The notes beneath the pieces were generated by a model that saw only the letters and a list, made by a program, of their open reading frames with translations, searched no databases and was not told where the DNA came from. Shown here piece by piece: positions 1 through 16,663 of a DNA stretch of 64,000 nucleotides (positions within the stretch are counted from its first letter, which is position 1; each line of letters begins with the position of its first letter). Made by a program: the position numbers and the translations under genes. The DNA is taken from the NCBI GenBank assembly GCA_028534125.1, contig CM052832.1:18044001-18108000 (forward strand). Direction: 5' to 3'. This DNA comes from Lama glama (lineage: Eukaryota).

Positions 1-344
1 GACATTCCTACTCATCCCTGTTCCATGACATAACTGCCATTTCCTTTTATAAATGATGGAATCAAGAGTGAAGTGACACAGACAGACACAAGACTAGAAT
101 TAAATTTTATGTTCTTTAAGGAGGAAGAGGTCTCCTGAATATAAGGAGTTTAAGCAATAAAAGGAGATAAATTACTTGGAAGAAGAGGGACAAGAAAAAA
201 ATTTTTAAAATCTTAAAAACAGAAAAAATGATGAGCATACTTTCCACCTTTCTATGTGACTTTGGACTTGTGTGTTTATGATTTTTGAACTGCAGAGAAA
301 TTTAAAATCCATTTGCAAATAACTACTGTGAATTTTGAAATAGG

Positions 345-600
345 ACTTTTATGAATCTCTTCCAGACTTACCTTTAAGATTTTTCCTATTTGTATACCTG
401 TTGCTTCATGTGAAAGAAACTTTCTGAAATTGAATTTAATAAAATCAAGTGCTCTTCAGTCAACTACAAGGGATGATAGATTGACAAATCTGGCTATACT
501 GTCTAGTGAAGGTGAATATGCAAACAAGATAAATTTTTGTCAGTTATTGAGAAATTTGCAGAAGACAAAAACAGAAACTATGAAGTTATTATTCATGACT
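345..600 (+). mobile_element. Degenerate hAT-family (Tip100/Zaphod-like) transposase C-terminal dimerization-domain relic
   Basis: Frame from 388 reads ICIPVASCERNFLKLNLIKSSALQSTTRDDRLTNLAILSSEGEYANKINF, matching the hATC motif (SCERSFSxLKLIK..LRSTM...RL.NLAILSIE); upstream frame is broken. Confidence 0.75.
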
Positions 601-693
601 GCAACACACTAATATGTAGGTAAGCTTTTTCATCTTTTTCCAAAAATACGTTCACGTAATTAAAAATATCTGTCTACTATTTAAAAACTTTTT

Positions 694-906
694 ATAGACT
701 GGAATTTCAAAATTGTAGAATAGATAAACAAGATTACACTGTATAGCACAGGGAAATACATACAAGATCTTATGGTAACTCAGAGAAAAAAATGTGACAA
801 TGAATATATATATGTTCATGTATAACTGAAAAAATTGTGCTCTACACTGGAATTTGACACAACATTGTAAAATGATTATAAATGAATAAAAAATGTTTTA
901 AAAAAA
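694..906 (+). mobile_element. 5'-truncated L1 3' end with A-rich tail (camelid-type L1)
   Basis: ATAAACAAGATTACACTGTATAGCACAGGGAAATA...ACATTGTAAAATGATTATAAATGAATAAAAAATG plus A tail; same family as the copy at 41600-41733. Confidence 0.75.
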
Positions 907-1169
907 CCCAACTTTTTGACCTGTATTAAAAACTTTTTAAAAAACTGGCATAATTATATACGGAGTACAATAAAGACTATTTCACTAGCCATTGTATTAT
1001 TCACTCCATTTCAGGATTATTACTGAAAATATTTTTTTTTTCTTGTACAGAGGAGAGAAGTGCTAAAACATTATCCCCTCTGGATGTTAAACATGCATTG
1101 GTGAGGGTACCCAAGTTATCTTACTAAACAACATAAGTGGAACCTGAGATTATTCGGTCTTATGCAGGC

Positions 1170-1620
1170 GTTATTCTCTGCCGAGGAGCCGAAGGCGTGG
1201 GAGGATAAACAGGACCGCAGCTCCAGCAGGAAGACAGGCGAATTTAGCGCGCCAAGCTTGACCCTCCATTCCTAGGTCCAGATCAAAAGCCGCTGCCTTG
1301 ACCGCTGGGACCAATGTGATTGTTACCATGGAGACGGCGGAGCAGTGAATTGCACACAATTCCCGGCGCCTCTATTGCGTCATTTCCCGTCGCCAGCCCT
1401 TGGATCGGTCGCCCTGCTGGTATTAGCTGCGAGGCTGTTATCTAGTGGTAGTCAGAATTGTGTCTTCCGGAATGCTGCTTGACAGTACCCTTTTCCGTTT
1501 CGGAAAAGCTTTCTTATGGAGAATGCCCCGCTGTCAGTTAAGAGGTTGCAGCACCACCGCGCTCCGGACCGAGTTGTGGGAGCCTCTGGATGGGTCTAGA
1601 TGTATCCTGGCAACCACCTG
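1170..1620. promoter_or_regulatory. CpG-rich promoter-like island
   Basis: Local CpG enrichment; ETS-like TTCCGGAA at 1465-1472; inverted CTTTTCCG/CGGAAAAG at 1490-1508; CRE-like TGCGTCA at 1376-1382. Confidence 0.5.
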
Positions 1621-2565
1621 GGCTCCAGGTGAAGTCTCAAGTCAGATTTGTTTTATGCTTCATCCTCAGAAACTTAGGCTTTTAAAAATAGGAATGTCCC
1701 AACTGTAAATGGAACCACCCAAATAAAATTGAGAAGATGCTTTCAATTAGGAAGAGTATCTCAAACTCTGTATCTACAAATTCTATTCAGAGAAGCCAGG
1801 AATCCAAGTACCTATCATATGGGTCTTTTCCACCATAACAGAGGACCTGTGGGAGCAGGAGGGTATCTTTTAAATAACTGATCCCTTTAACAGACCAATT
1901 TCATCACTGTGCTTCTTTTTACCTTCTCATCACCAATATCACAAGGTTTTATCTGAGGGGGAAAGACACATAGGAAAGAGAATGATTTTCAAGATTTACT
2001 TCAAAGAATAAATTTGGACAGGATGTAGGCATGTACTTTTTGAAGTCCCTTCTTCCCTTTGAACATACCAATGAACAAGTAGATTGGGAAAGAGACAGAT
2101 ACTGTATCTCCCAGCCTCTTTCTTATTACCTTGCACTTGTTTTACAAAGTACCAGGTCATTTTAAGAGACTGGGCCTTAGGTAGAAAGGTAAGATAATAG
2201 TTCAGAGTTCCCTTGAAATACTCACAACATTGAAGAATAAAACCAGAAATGACCTAAACATGATGGAATTGGTAAACTTGTTTTACTTCTTTCTATTTCT
2301 TCACAGAAATACTCTGCTCCCTTCTTAAAATTCATTTCTATTTAGTTTCAGTTGACTTAATCAGTATAAGTTCAAATACAGCATAAAATATACTCTGAAT
2401 TGTATGGTATTGCAACAATACAGCCAACCATGAGAAAAGAAATAGCAGCAGTGTACAGAAATTATGAAAGGAAGGAAGAAAATAGAAAAGAGATTTTTTT
2501 TCTAATTAGCGCAGAAAAGTTGATTTAATGGTTGAGGAGGAGAACAGTGCCAACTTTGTTCACCC

Positions 2566-2637
2566 AGCAGGGTGGTGCAGTGGAAGCGTGCTGGGCCCAT
2601 AACCCAGAGGTCGATGGATCGAAACTATCTTCTGCTA
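2566..2637 (+). tRNA. tRNA-iMet(CAT), divergent copy (5 transitions from the canonical sequence), possibly weak or pseudogene
   Basis: AGCAGGGTGGTGCAGTGGAAGCGTGCTGGGCCCATAACCCAGAGGTCGATGGATCGAAACTATCTTCTGCTA, followed by T-runs. Confidence 0.8.
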
Positions 2638-3599
2638 CGGAGTGTTTTCCTGTTTTTTCTTTTTTTTTCCCTTTAACATTTGTCTCCTTTATAAACGTTA
2701 TTCCAACTAAGCTATAAACACAAAAACCGAATCAATTTCTATATCTTCCATATTCAACCAATTAAAATTCACAAGTTTGGGAATCCTCCTCTAGTTTGGG
2801 TTCTTCTTTCCCATCTTAGTTTGAAATCCCACCATTCCTCCACTAGGCAATTCCAAAACTCTTCTACCTATGTGAAGTGGCACGCTGCCCCAAACTGTAA
2901 AATTCCTTCCATCCTTGGTGTCCAGCAGAGGAACAACTGGAAATATTACTTCAATTGAGGTGGCGTTGTGTGTTATATGCGATTTCATGGAGAAGGAAGT
3001 GACAAATGCCACATTTATTTCTATTATGTCTCCCAGTAAAAGGGTTTTCAAATTTATTATCTGCTTATGTTTTGATTAATTCCATACTACTAGTAAATGC
3101 AAATATAACTTAAACCAAAAGAATCAACTACTATACAGATTTGTGGTCCCATCAAACTCAAAATTTCAGATTTCAATATTTATACCTGAATTTATATATT
3201 TATAAATACCAATATTTATGTATTTGGTGCGGACTAGTAGGATGATCAAATAAAGATTTTAAGCGTAAACATACGTTATATTGGCATAAAATTCTGTGAA
3301 CATACTACTTCAAGGAAGAGAGACCAACGAAATGGAAAATATCTGGACCCACTTTTGGACAGTGTGGCTTTTGAAGGGAACTCGTTCTCCGACTACCTTC
3401 AAATGACCTTTCTTGGAAGAGTCATATTCAATTCGTGCTAATTTTATTGTTATTAGAAGGAATTGTTTTAGAACACTTTAAATGTTATTTGTTTCTGAAT
3501 TTTTCAGAATGTTAGTCACATAGTTTACTCTGGTTTAGCATGAATATTCAGCCTCAAATTAAATCTCTCACTTCTTTACTCCCCTCCGAGAGCTCCGAT

Positions 3600-7647
<4,048 letters not shown>

Positions 7648-7827
7648 TCTGTTCTCTGCCATTTGTACTCTGATTTGGACCTCAGTCTAGTGAAGTGCCT
7701 TAGTCTCTTCTAATTCTCTAAAGCAAAAATACCCTGGATTTAAGGTTAGAGCTTTACACATTCACCTTGTGGGTCCTAATCTATATTCCAGAAGAAGATG
7801 GAGGACTAAAGTATCTAGGGATAGCAA

Positions 7828-7833
7828 AATAAA
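7828..7833 (+). terminator. Candidate polyadenylation signal for POM121L2
   Basis: AATAAA about 180 nt after the stop codon. Confidence 0.4.
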
Positions 7834-8582
7834 TAAGTGAAACCAAATTTTGGAGATGAGCAGAGCCTTGCCTTCCCCTCCCTGCCTACTCTTCTCTATG
7901 TCAATGGTGAGCTTGGTCAGGATACTGCCTTCTGCTTTTTCTCTGGGAAAAAAAAAGCATGCCAGGGAGGCAATAAGTATAGTCCATACCCTCTTGCATC
8001 TTTGGTAGGAGGAATAGATTCTCTCTAAATCTTAGCCTGCTTTTACTTGGCTCTAAGAAGTGGTTCCTTTTATCTGGTCCCCTAAGGAGACCAATTCCTC
8101 ATTTCTTGCTATTTTGCTCCACAATTCATTCTCGGAGAAGCTTTTAATGCAATTTGACCTTGATTCCAACTTTTCCTTGAGGATCAATTGTCAGCCCACA
8201 AGGGCACCCGTGGGAGGACCAGAGGAGGAAAAAACAGGGTGGTGCAAACTTGCTTCTTCCTTGTACACCATTGGTCATGATTCCTCCAGTATGAGCCAGA
8301 AATTCTCAATTAGGGAATCGAAATTTCATTTAATGTTTTAAAAATTTGTGCCTTAAAAAAATCACCCTCTCCATTCACACCTCTCCCAGATAGGATAGGT
8401 AGGGCAGGAAGACTCTTGGGCCTGAGAAAAAAGGAGAAAGAGAAGAACAGCAGATACCTAATCTGACCTCTGTTCTATAACCAATGGGAGGTCTGTGAGT
8501 AACCTATAACCTATCCCTTAGCACTTACCATCCTGATGAAAAAGAAAAGCAAGAATGACTCCCTGAATATATCTGTCTCCTC

Positions 8583-8682
8583 NNNNNNNNNNNNNNNNNN
8601 NNNNNNNNNNNNNNNNNNNNNNNNNNNNNNNNNNNNNNNNNNNNNNNNNNNNNNNNNNNNNNNNNNNNNNNNNNNNNNNNNN
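8583..8682. other. Assembly gap (100 N)
   Basis: Run of N. Confidence 1.
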
Positions 8683-10119
8683 CTATATATAACTCTAAAA
8701 ATCCGTGCATTTTAATTTTTAAAGATATTCTGCAACCTGAGATTACCATCTTACAGAGTTGGGGAAAGAAGAAAAGTGTTACATATATTCTACTGCTCTT
8801 TTCATGATAATTTAACATTTATCTAGTGATAACTATATGCCTTGTGTTGTGCTTTGCACCAGACATTCAGAGGTGAAGGAAAATTCTTACTTTGGAAAGA
8901 TTAGTAAGCGAGTGATTCCAAAACAAACAAGTACCAGGGGAATGGAAGCAGGGCAGAAGGTCATCTTATCTAAGACCTGAATTCTGTTTTAAGGTGTGTG
9001 TTCTGGGATCCAAGCAAAGAAAGGTGTTGCAAGCCAAAGGTAAAGCACGTACACAGGCAGGTCTGGAAGACAAAGAAAATCTATTAGGATAACTTCCAAG
9101 GAGTCATACATGGTTAGGGAGAAGCAGAGGCAGATCATGGATATGCTTATAAACATGGATGTGCAGTATAGACAGGGTTCCAAACACAGTGGAGAGTCAT
9201 GGAAAGATTTTAAGTAGGAAAGAGACAAACTTGAGTTTAGATTGTTCTGGCTGTCATGTGAGAGAGAAATCAAATGGGGACAGACTGGAGACCTGGAAAT
9301 GTGTGGGAGGCTGTGGAAACACCAACAAACATGAAAGACATACATTTGAACTAGGTAATTACCTGGTTAACAACAACCAGGTAGTTAATTGTGGGCATGG
9401 GGAGGCAGTAGAGAGAGAAGGGATTAAGGAACAGGGCTTGGTGATAGATTGCACAGTAATGGGCAGAGGAAATAGGCAGCCAGGATCACTGCAGATCCGG
9501 TCATCAGATGGGGCTTAGCTTTCTGATGTGCTTCCTTCCTTGGGCAAAACCAGTTTACAGTTGGTGGGGCTGACTTGCAGTTTAAGCTCAGTGGTCCCAG
9601 CTGTCATGTGGGAGGCAGAGTCTGCTCAGGGAAGCTGGTTCTGATATAGAGATGAGAGTTTTGAGCAAAAGAGAATGGAGTCTTTGACCCATAAACAGGA
9701 GGAGCAAGGACTCACTGTCCCTCGTTGATGTGAGGGAGGAAGATGCTTCCAGATTCTGTCCCCCAATCCCATTCTCACAGCCTTCCTCCAGCAAAAATTG
9801 GCAGAACTTGAGAAGAAGGAGTGGAATATGTGTCCAGGAAAGCAACTGGTCTGAGTCACTAGCCTCTCTAGTGGGACTCAAGGCTGAGGGAGAAGATGGA
9901 TTCAAGGGATGATAATTGGGGAGTATTTGTTCTTCTGAGAAGAGTTGGATCTGGGACTAGGGGAAACATGTCAGGGGAATCTCTGAATGGACCCAACCTG
10001 AGGTTTCTTCAGTGGCTTAGACTAATACTTTTTTTTCTTTCTAAGGCAGAAGATTAATAGACAGGCCTGGGGAACTGCACAGCTTGGACCTCCAACAGAC
10101 AGAATAGCCTATGCAAGTG

Positions 10120-11310
10120 CACAGAAATGCAATTGATTTTTGTGTATTGATCTTATACCCTATAACTTTGATGAATTTATTTATTAGCTCTAATAGGTTT
10201 TTGTGGATTATTTGGGATTTTCTACATATAGGATTATGTCATCTGAGAATAAATATAGTATTACTTCTTCCTTTCCAGTTTGGATAATTTTTTTTTATTC
10301 TTTCATGTTTGCTCTGGCTAGAATTTCCAGTACAATGTTGACTAGGAGTGGTAAGAGCAGGCATCCTTGTCTTGTTCCTAATCTTAAAGGGGAAGACTTC
10401 TGATTTTCACCAGTGACTGTGTTGCTAGTTGTGGGCTTTTCATAAATTCTCTTTATCATGTTGAGGATATTCCCTTATATTCTTAATTTTTGAGTTTTTT
10501 TTCTTTTTTTTTAGTCATGAGAGTTTGGGATTTTTGTCAAACAGTTTTTCTGCATCAGTTGAAATGATCATGTGGATTTTATGTTTTTATATTAACGTGG
10601 TAAATAATATTAACTAATTTTCTTATGTTGAACTACATTTTCATTCCTGGGATAAATCTCACTTGCTCATGGTGAATAATACTTTTTGTATGCTGTTGAA
10701 TTCAATTGGCTAGTAGTTTGTTGAGAATTTTTGCATCTATGTTCATAAAGGATATTAACCTGAAGTCTTTGGTAGAATGCATTAGGAAGTTTTCCCTCCA
10801 CTTCCATTTTTAAGAGGAATTTGACAAGGCTTGGTGTTAAGTCTTCTTTAAATATTTGATATAATCATCACTGGAGCCATCTGGTCCTGGCTTTTCTTTG
10901 AATGTTTTTGATTACTAATTCAATCTCTTTACTTACTCTAGATCTGTTTTGATATTCTTTATCTTTTTGAGTCAATATCCGTATTTTGTATGTTTCTAAG
11001 AATTTGCCCATTTTACCTAGGTTATCTAATCTGTTGGCATACAATCATTCACAGTATTCTTTTATAATCCTTTTTATTTCTGTAGGGCCGATAGTAATGT
11101 CCCCACCCTCATTTATGATTTTAGTTATTTGCGTATTTCCTCTTTTTTCTTTGTTGGTCTAGTAAATATTTGTCAATTTTGTTAATCTTTTCAAAAACCT
11201 AACTTTTGGTTTTGTTGATTCTGTTCATTAGTTTTCTATTCTTTATTTTATTTATCTCTACTCTTATCTTTATCATATCCTTCCTTCTGCTAGCTTTGGA
11301 TTTAGTTTGT
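10120..11310 (-). mobile_element. Old L1 ORF2 fragment, antisense
   Basis: T-rich L1 antisense motifs such as GGCATCCTTGTCTTGTTCCTAATCTTAAAGGGGAAG and TTGAGAATTTTTGCATCTATGTTCATAAAGGATATT. Confidence 0.85.
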
Positions 11311-11800
11311 TCTCAGGTTTCGTGACCTAGATATGTCCTAATTGTCTCCAGGATCCAAGTATCAGCAAGAGGAGCGCACAGGAGACTAGTCATCCGAGCC
11401 CTGCTCTGTGGTCAGTTCCGTGATCCGCCCGCTGCCGGCTCTGGCTTGAAGGAGCTTCCAGTTTGCCTCCCGCCTTCCCTGCGTAGGAGGAAGGATGCTT
11501 CGCTCGGGGACTTTGATCTAATGTTTTTGGGTCAGAAATGGCAGTTTAAGAGAGGCCCCCCGAAGAGGGAGAATTCATTCAGGTCAAAAGTTTTTCTTTT
11601 TTTCTTTTTCCTATCTCCGTGGTAGGGGAGAATGAATTAGGAAGAATATGGGGATTTTTAAAAATTGTTACTTTTTGGTTGTTTCAGTTCTTCGCTGGTG
11701 TTGTTTAGGGGGTGGGTTTTTCCCCAGAAGAATTTGAAGATACGGTTTCGTTTCGTTTTCGTTTATATCTTCTAAAAAGGAAAAAAATCCTGCAACCAGG

Positions 11801-11874
11801 GGCCGGTTAGCTCAGTTGGTTAGAGCGTGGTGCTAATAACGCCAAGGTCGCGGGTTCGATCCCCGTACGGGCCA
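11801..11874 (+). tRNA. tRNA-Ile(AAT)
   Basis: Canonical GGCCGGTTAGCTCAGTTGGTTAGAGCGTGGTGCTAATAACGCCAAGGTCGCGGGTTCGATCCCCGTACGGGCCA; T5 terminator downstream. Confidence 0.97.
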
Positions 11875-13171
11875 AGCCGTGCTTTTTCGATTACATTCGT
11901 AACACAAATGACGGTCTTTTCACTCTCAGATTTCAACCTACGTATCTACATTCACCACCGTCTGCGACACAAACCTCTCATTTAGAATTTCAAGGCTTTT
12001 CAACAAACATTTTTAATTTCCCCCAAGGTTTAGGTCCTTCTTTGAATCCCATCTACGGGAAGAAGGCATAACAGTGACCCGGCAGGGGAAAAAGAACCAC
12101 TTGTGACTTTTTTTGTGTGTTTTTTCAATTGGGAAGTTGATTCTTGCAAACAAGCAAGCAAGCAAACAAACAAACCTATTCGGATTATTTCAATTTAAAA
12201 AGAAATTGTAAAACCACAGACACTTTCTACATATCTATACTGGGGTCTTCACTATTTCAGAGGAAGATTGAAAAAATTTTCAAAGTGACACGTATAAAAA
12301 AATTTTTTTTTTATTAACATCAACAGTAGGAGTGAAGCAGAACTTCGTTTTAACGTTGTGAGGACTGACTACACATACAGAAGACTCATTGTTTTTAAAA
12401 AATGTTTAATTTGGGGCTAAGAAGTATATTCACATGTTTCAAAGTTAAAACATATTAAATGGTACAGGGAAAAGTCTCCTTCTGTCCTATACTTCATCCA
12501 CCTACATGATCATTTCCAACTTCTATAGGTAAACTCTATGTATAGTTGCTTAAGTATCCTTTCTAATTTTCTGTACACAATTATTTATATAATTTCTTGT
12601 TTTCCCTTCTTTTCTTAAGACAGAATGTTTACATACCGTGCTGAAATTTGCTTTTGTCGCATAACAATATAACATGGAATCTTTGTTATCATTAAAGAGC
12701 TTTCAAACAGTACACTTGGAAAAATCAGAGCTTATTTTCAAAAAAGTTGGCATATTCAGCAGAAGTTGAATCTGAAATGTTCTAACTATTTGGATCGTCT
12801 AAGAGAAAACATACAGGAGGAGGAGGCTTTGTGAAACTGCAGAGCAGGGGGGAAGATGACACACATAATATTCTTCCACAACAGGGAACACAGCACAGAA
12901 CACTGCCTAAACTCATGAGCATTCACAGAATCCTGAAATAGGGGCTCCTAAACGGTTTGGTGATGAAAGGAAATTATGTATTAATTTAACACATATTTAC
13001 TAATCTCACCACTCTTCACAATGCAATCATTTGCTGTTATTCTGTGTGTGGTGGATGTTGAAGATATGATACATGAATATATTGTTTATTATGTATATAA
13101 TAAATTGAATGTTGTTATGAATATTGTTATATAGAGAACATTTCCAATATCCAAAAAAATTTCCTTGTGCC

Positions 13172-13649
13172 CTGTAGTAGTCAGAAAAGTGGCTCCCAAA
13201 GATGTTCACATCCTAATCCTTGAAATCTATGAATATCTTATTGTACCTGGTAAAAGGGAATTTGCAAAGGTGATTAAGTTAAAGATCTTGAAATAAGGTG
13301 TTTATCTTGAATTACCAAGATTGGCCCAATGTAATCACGAGGGTCCTTCTGAGGGGTCAGAGTCGGAGAAGGAGATGTGCCACAAATGCACAGGTCTGAG
13401 AGATGCAGGGCTATTAGCCAAGGAGTGCCTGTTGCCTCTAGTAGCTGGAAAATGCAAAACAAAAAACAAACAAACAAACAAAAACAAAAAACAAAAACCA
13501 TATCCTCCTCTAGAGCTTATCAAGGGAATGCAGTCCCACTGATTCATTTTAGACTTCTGACCTATAGAAGTATAAGATAATGTATTTATGTTGTTTTAAA
13601 TCACTAAGTTTGTGGTAATTTATTACAATAGCAATAGGAAACCAATACT
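13172..13649 (+). mobile_element. MaLR LTR (MLT1-like) nested in an L1 3' fragment
   Basis: TGTAGTAGTCAGAAAAGTGGCTCCCAAAGATGTTCACATCCTAATCC ... GTGGTAATTTATTACAATAGCAATAGGAAACCAATAC termini. Confidence 0.8.
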
Positions 13650-13789
13650 GTCCTTTCCCAGTCAGTCACACCTCCACCCCAGTCCAGGCAACTACAGATC
13701 TGCTTTCTCTCATGATAGTTTTGCCTTTTCTGGAATTTCTTATAAATCATACACTATGTGCACTTTTGCTCCTGGCTTCTTTCGCTCAG

Positions 13790-14294
13790 ATATATAGATA
13801 TATCCTTGGTTCCTGGCACAGATCTCCTGAAACCCTTGTAATTTCCTGAGTGATAAGAACATTAGGATAACCCTTTGTTCTATTGAGGTGACTCTGGGTG
13901 TGCTCTTGGATAGATCCAAGATGGCGGCTGGTCACCAGAAAGGCCAACCCAGAATTAGAAGGCTGGAATTTTCAGCTCCATTAGTATGGAGTTCAGAGCG
14001 CTTCCAGGTTGGTAAATACATCGACCACCCAGGGAGGGTGAGGCACCCCAAATGCACAAGGACAGAAGCTCCTGTGCTCAGGACCTTTCCAGACCTTGCC
14101 TGAAGTATCTCTTCACTTGGCCATTCATCTACATCTTTTAGCGTATCTTCATAAACTGACAAATGTGCTTCCCTGAGCTCTATGAGCTTCTCTTTCAAAC
14201 TGATAGAACCCAAGGAGGGAGTTGTTGAACCATCCACTTTATAGTCTGTTGGTCAGAAGCACGGGTGGCAACCTGGGTTTTGTACTGGTGTCTG

Positions 14295-14335
<41 letters not shown>

Positions 14336-14660
14336 TGTGTGTGTCTGTGTGTGTCTGTGTGTGTGTGAGACAGACAGACAGGGACAGAAGTGAGGGCAGT
14401 CTTGTAGGATTGAGTCCTTAATCTGTGGGATCTGACACTATCTCTGGGTAAATAGTTTCAGCTTTGAGTAACATAGGAAACCCAAGTGCTATCCCAGAGA
14501 ATTACTTAATCTGGGGAAAAAACCTCTACATATTTGGTGAACAGAAGTAACCAGAAGTGAAGTGGTCTGTTAAAAATAAAGGAGACTCACAGGCGAGAAA
14601 CACACGGTGGGGAAGAATTTCCCTACCCAGCTGGAAAACTGGAGTTTTTCTCATTTGAAT
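13790..14660 (+). mobile_element. MER21-like LTR containing a (TG)n microsatellite
   Basis: GGTTCCTGGCACAGATCTCCTGAAACCCTTGTAATTTCCTGAGTGATAAG and GAGTCCTTAATCTGTGGGATCTGACACTATCTCTGGGTA motifs. Confidence 0.7.
14297..14366. repeat. (TG)n / (TGTGTGTC)n microsatellite
   Basis: Seen directly. Confidence 0.95.
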
Positions 14661-15723
14661 ATGTATATATGCATATATATGAGGGAGAGGAAGGTTTCCT
14701 GATTATTATAAATTTTTTTCATAACAGTTCATATTTCTATTTACTTATAGTTGATTACACTGTTCCTACAGATTCAAGAATGGAGGTAATAGGTAATACT
14801 GCTAAGACTTCATATACGTCAGGGACAGTCTTCTCCCCCTCCTGCTTCACCAGACTCTGGACTCTCCTCTTTTAAGTCTCAGCTCTTAGTTTCTTAGTCA
14901 CTTTGTTCTGTTTTCCTTGTGTTGCCCCTTTCCCCTTTATTTTCACTTTTTTTTTCATGAAGTACTGCAAAGTTTGATCTTAAGTTTCATCTTGGCAGGA
15001 CCAGACCTGAATGTCACCCATACGGAACTTTTGGGCTTTTCCTCTACCAACCCTCTTCAGCTAAACTGGCTTTTTCTTTTTCAGAGTCCTGGGTCTCCCC
15101 TGTGGTTAAGACGCAGAGGGAGCATGACTCAGAGACTTAGAGCAGTGAGAGCCCTCTCAAGTCTGGCTTGTCTGGCTGCCTCTGCTCCCGCTGAAATGCT
15201 GTCAATTTTTTTTAAATACATTTCATGTGATACAACAAATTGCTATTCTTCACAAATACCAGAAAATGGACAATTTCACGTGGGATAAATAGCAACAGTT
15301 TAGTGTCCAAGGGAAGGATACTACCAGTGTTTGAAAGTCTCTATTTTGCCAAATGATTTACATGTCATTTCAGTTAAGCCAACTGATAAACTTCATTGTT
15401 TTAGTCAACATGACTGTTAAGCACCATCGTCTCCCTATTGCATATTTGAAACCGAGAAATACCTTCCATATGAAGTTGTAAAAACTTCTAGAAGAGAAAT
15501 GATTTGGCTGCCTATTTAAAGGGTCCAGTGGCTAAGAAAATTTTTCTTCTCTTAGCACAGCTGTGCATCTTTTGGATGAGAGCAACTAAATGAACTTGAT
15601 AAAAATACTGAGAAGTAGTCCTAAAGGCTCTTCTGTTGATCAAAAATTCTTGAGAATGCATTGGTCAGAGTGAAAACTGAAATCCTCAAAGGAGATATGA
15701 AAAAAAAGGGAACTATGGCTGGT

Positions 15724-15797
15724 GGCTCTGTGGCTTAGTTGGTGAAAGCGCCTGTCTAGTAAACAGGAGATCCTGGGTTCGAATCCCAGCAGGGCCT
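15724..15797 (+). tRNA. tRNA-Thr(AGT)
   Basis: GGCTCTGTGGCTTAGTTGGTGAAAGCGCCTGTCTAGTAAACAGGAGATCCTGGGTTCGAATCCCAGCAGGGCCT; stems pair, A and B boxes intact. Confidence 0.93.
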
Positions 15798-15943
15798 CAA
15801 AGGGTATTTTGTCATTGGAGACGACTGGAATTTACATCTTCATGAAGTACCAGGAGTATGGACAGCTTTAGCCAAAAGATATTACTTTAAAAAGAAGTGT
15901 AATAATAATTACAATTCTCCAAATAGCCCATGAGAGCAATATG

Positions 15944-16443
15944 NNNNNNNNNNNNNNNNNNNNNNNNNNNNNNNNNNNNNNNNNNNNNNNNNNNNNNNNN
16001 NNNNNNNNNNNNNNNNNNNNNNNNNNNNNNNNNNNNNNNNNNNNNNNNNNNNNNNNNNNNNNNNNNNNNNNNNNNNNNNNNNNNNNNNNNNNNNNNNNNN
16101 NNNNNNNNNNNNNNNNNNNNNNNNNNNNNNNNNNNNNNNNNNNNNNNNNNNNNNNNNNNNNNNNNNNNNNNNNNNNNNNNNNNNNNNNNNNNNNNNNNNN
16201 NNNNNNNNNNNNNNNNNNNNNNNNNNNNNNNNNNNNNNNNNNNNNNNNNNNNNNNNNNNNNNNNNNNNNNNNNNNNNNNNNNNNNNNNNNNNNNNNNNNN
16301 NNNNNNNNNNNNNNNNNNNNNNNNNNNNNNNNNNNNNNNNNNNNNNNNNNNNNNNNNNNNNNNNNNNNNNNNNNNNNNNNNNNNNNNNNNNNNNNNNNNN
16401 NNNNNNNNNNNNNNNNNNNNNNNNNNNNNNNNNNNNNNNNNNN
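15944..16443. other. Assembly gap (500 N) at the centre of the inverted repeat
   Basis: Run of N; the two flanks are exact reverse complements. Confidence 1.
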
Positions 16444-16589
16444 CATATTGCTCTCATGGGCTATTTGGAGAATTGTAATTATTATTACACTTCTTTTTAA
16501 AGTAATATCTTTTGGCTAAAGCTGTCCATACTCCTGGTACTTCATGAAGATGTAAATTCCAGTCGTCTCCAATGACAAAATACCCTTTG

Positions 16590-16663
16590 AGGCCCTGCTG
16601 GGATTCGAACCCAGGATCTCCTGTTTACTAGACAGGCGCTTTGACCAACTAAGCCACAGAGCC
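16590..16663 (-). tRNA. tRNA-Thr(AGT)
   Basis: Reverse complement is identical to the 15724 copy except D-loop GGTCAAAG vs GGTGAAAG. Confidence 0.93.

Noticed and set aside
9356..9387. 13-bp imperfect hairpin TAATTACCTGGTT/AACCAGGTAGTTA
   Set aside because: Isolated, lies in decayed repeat-like DNA, no supporting context
9588..9905. 105-aa minus-strand ORF
   Set aside because: No recognisable homology or exon structure
15868..16519. Long poly-X ORFs (also 8525-8818 and 41613-42360)
   Set aside because: Artefacts of N gaps
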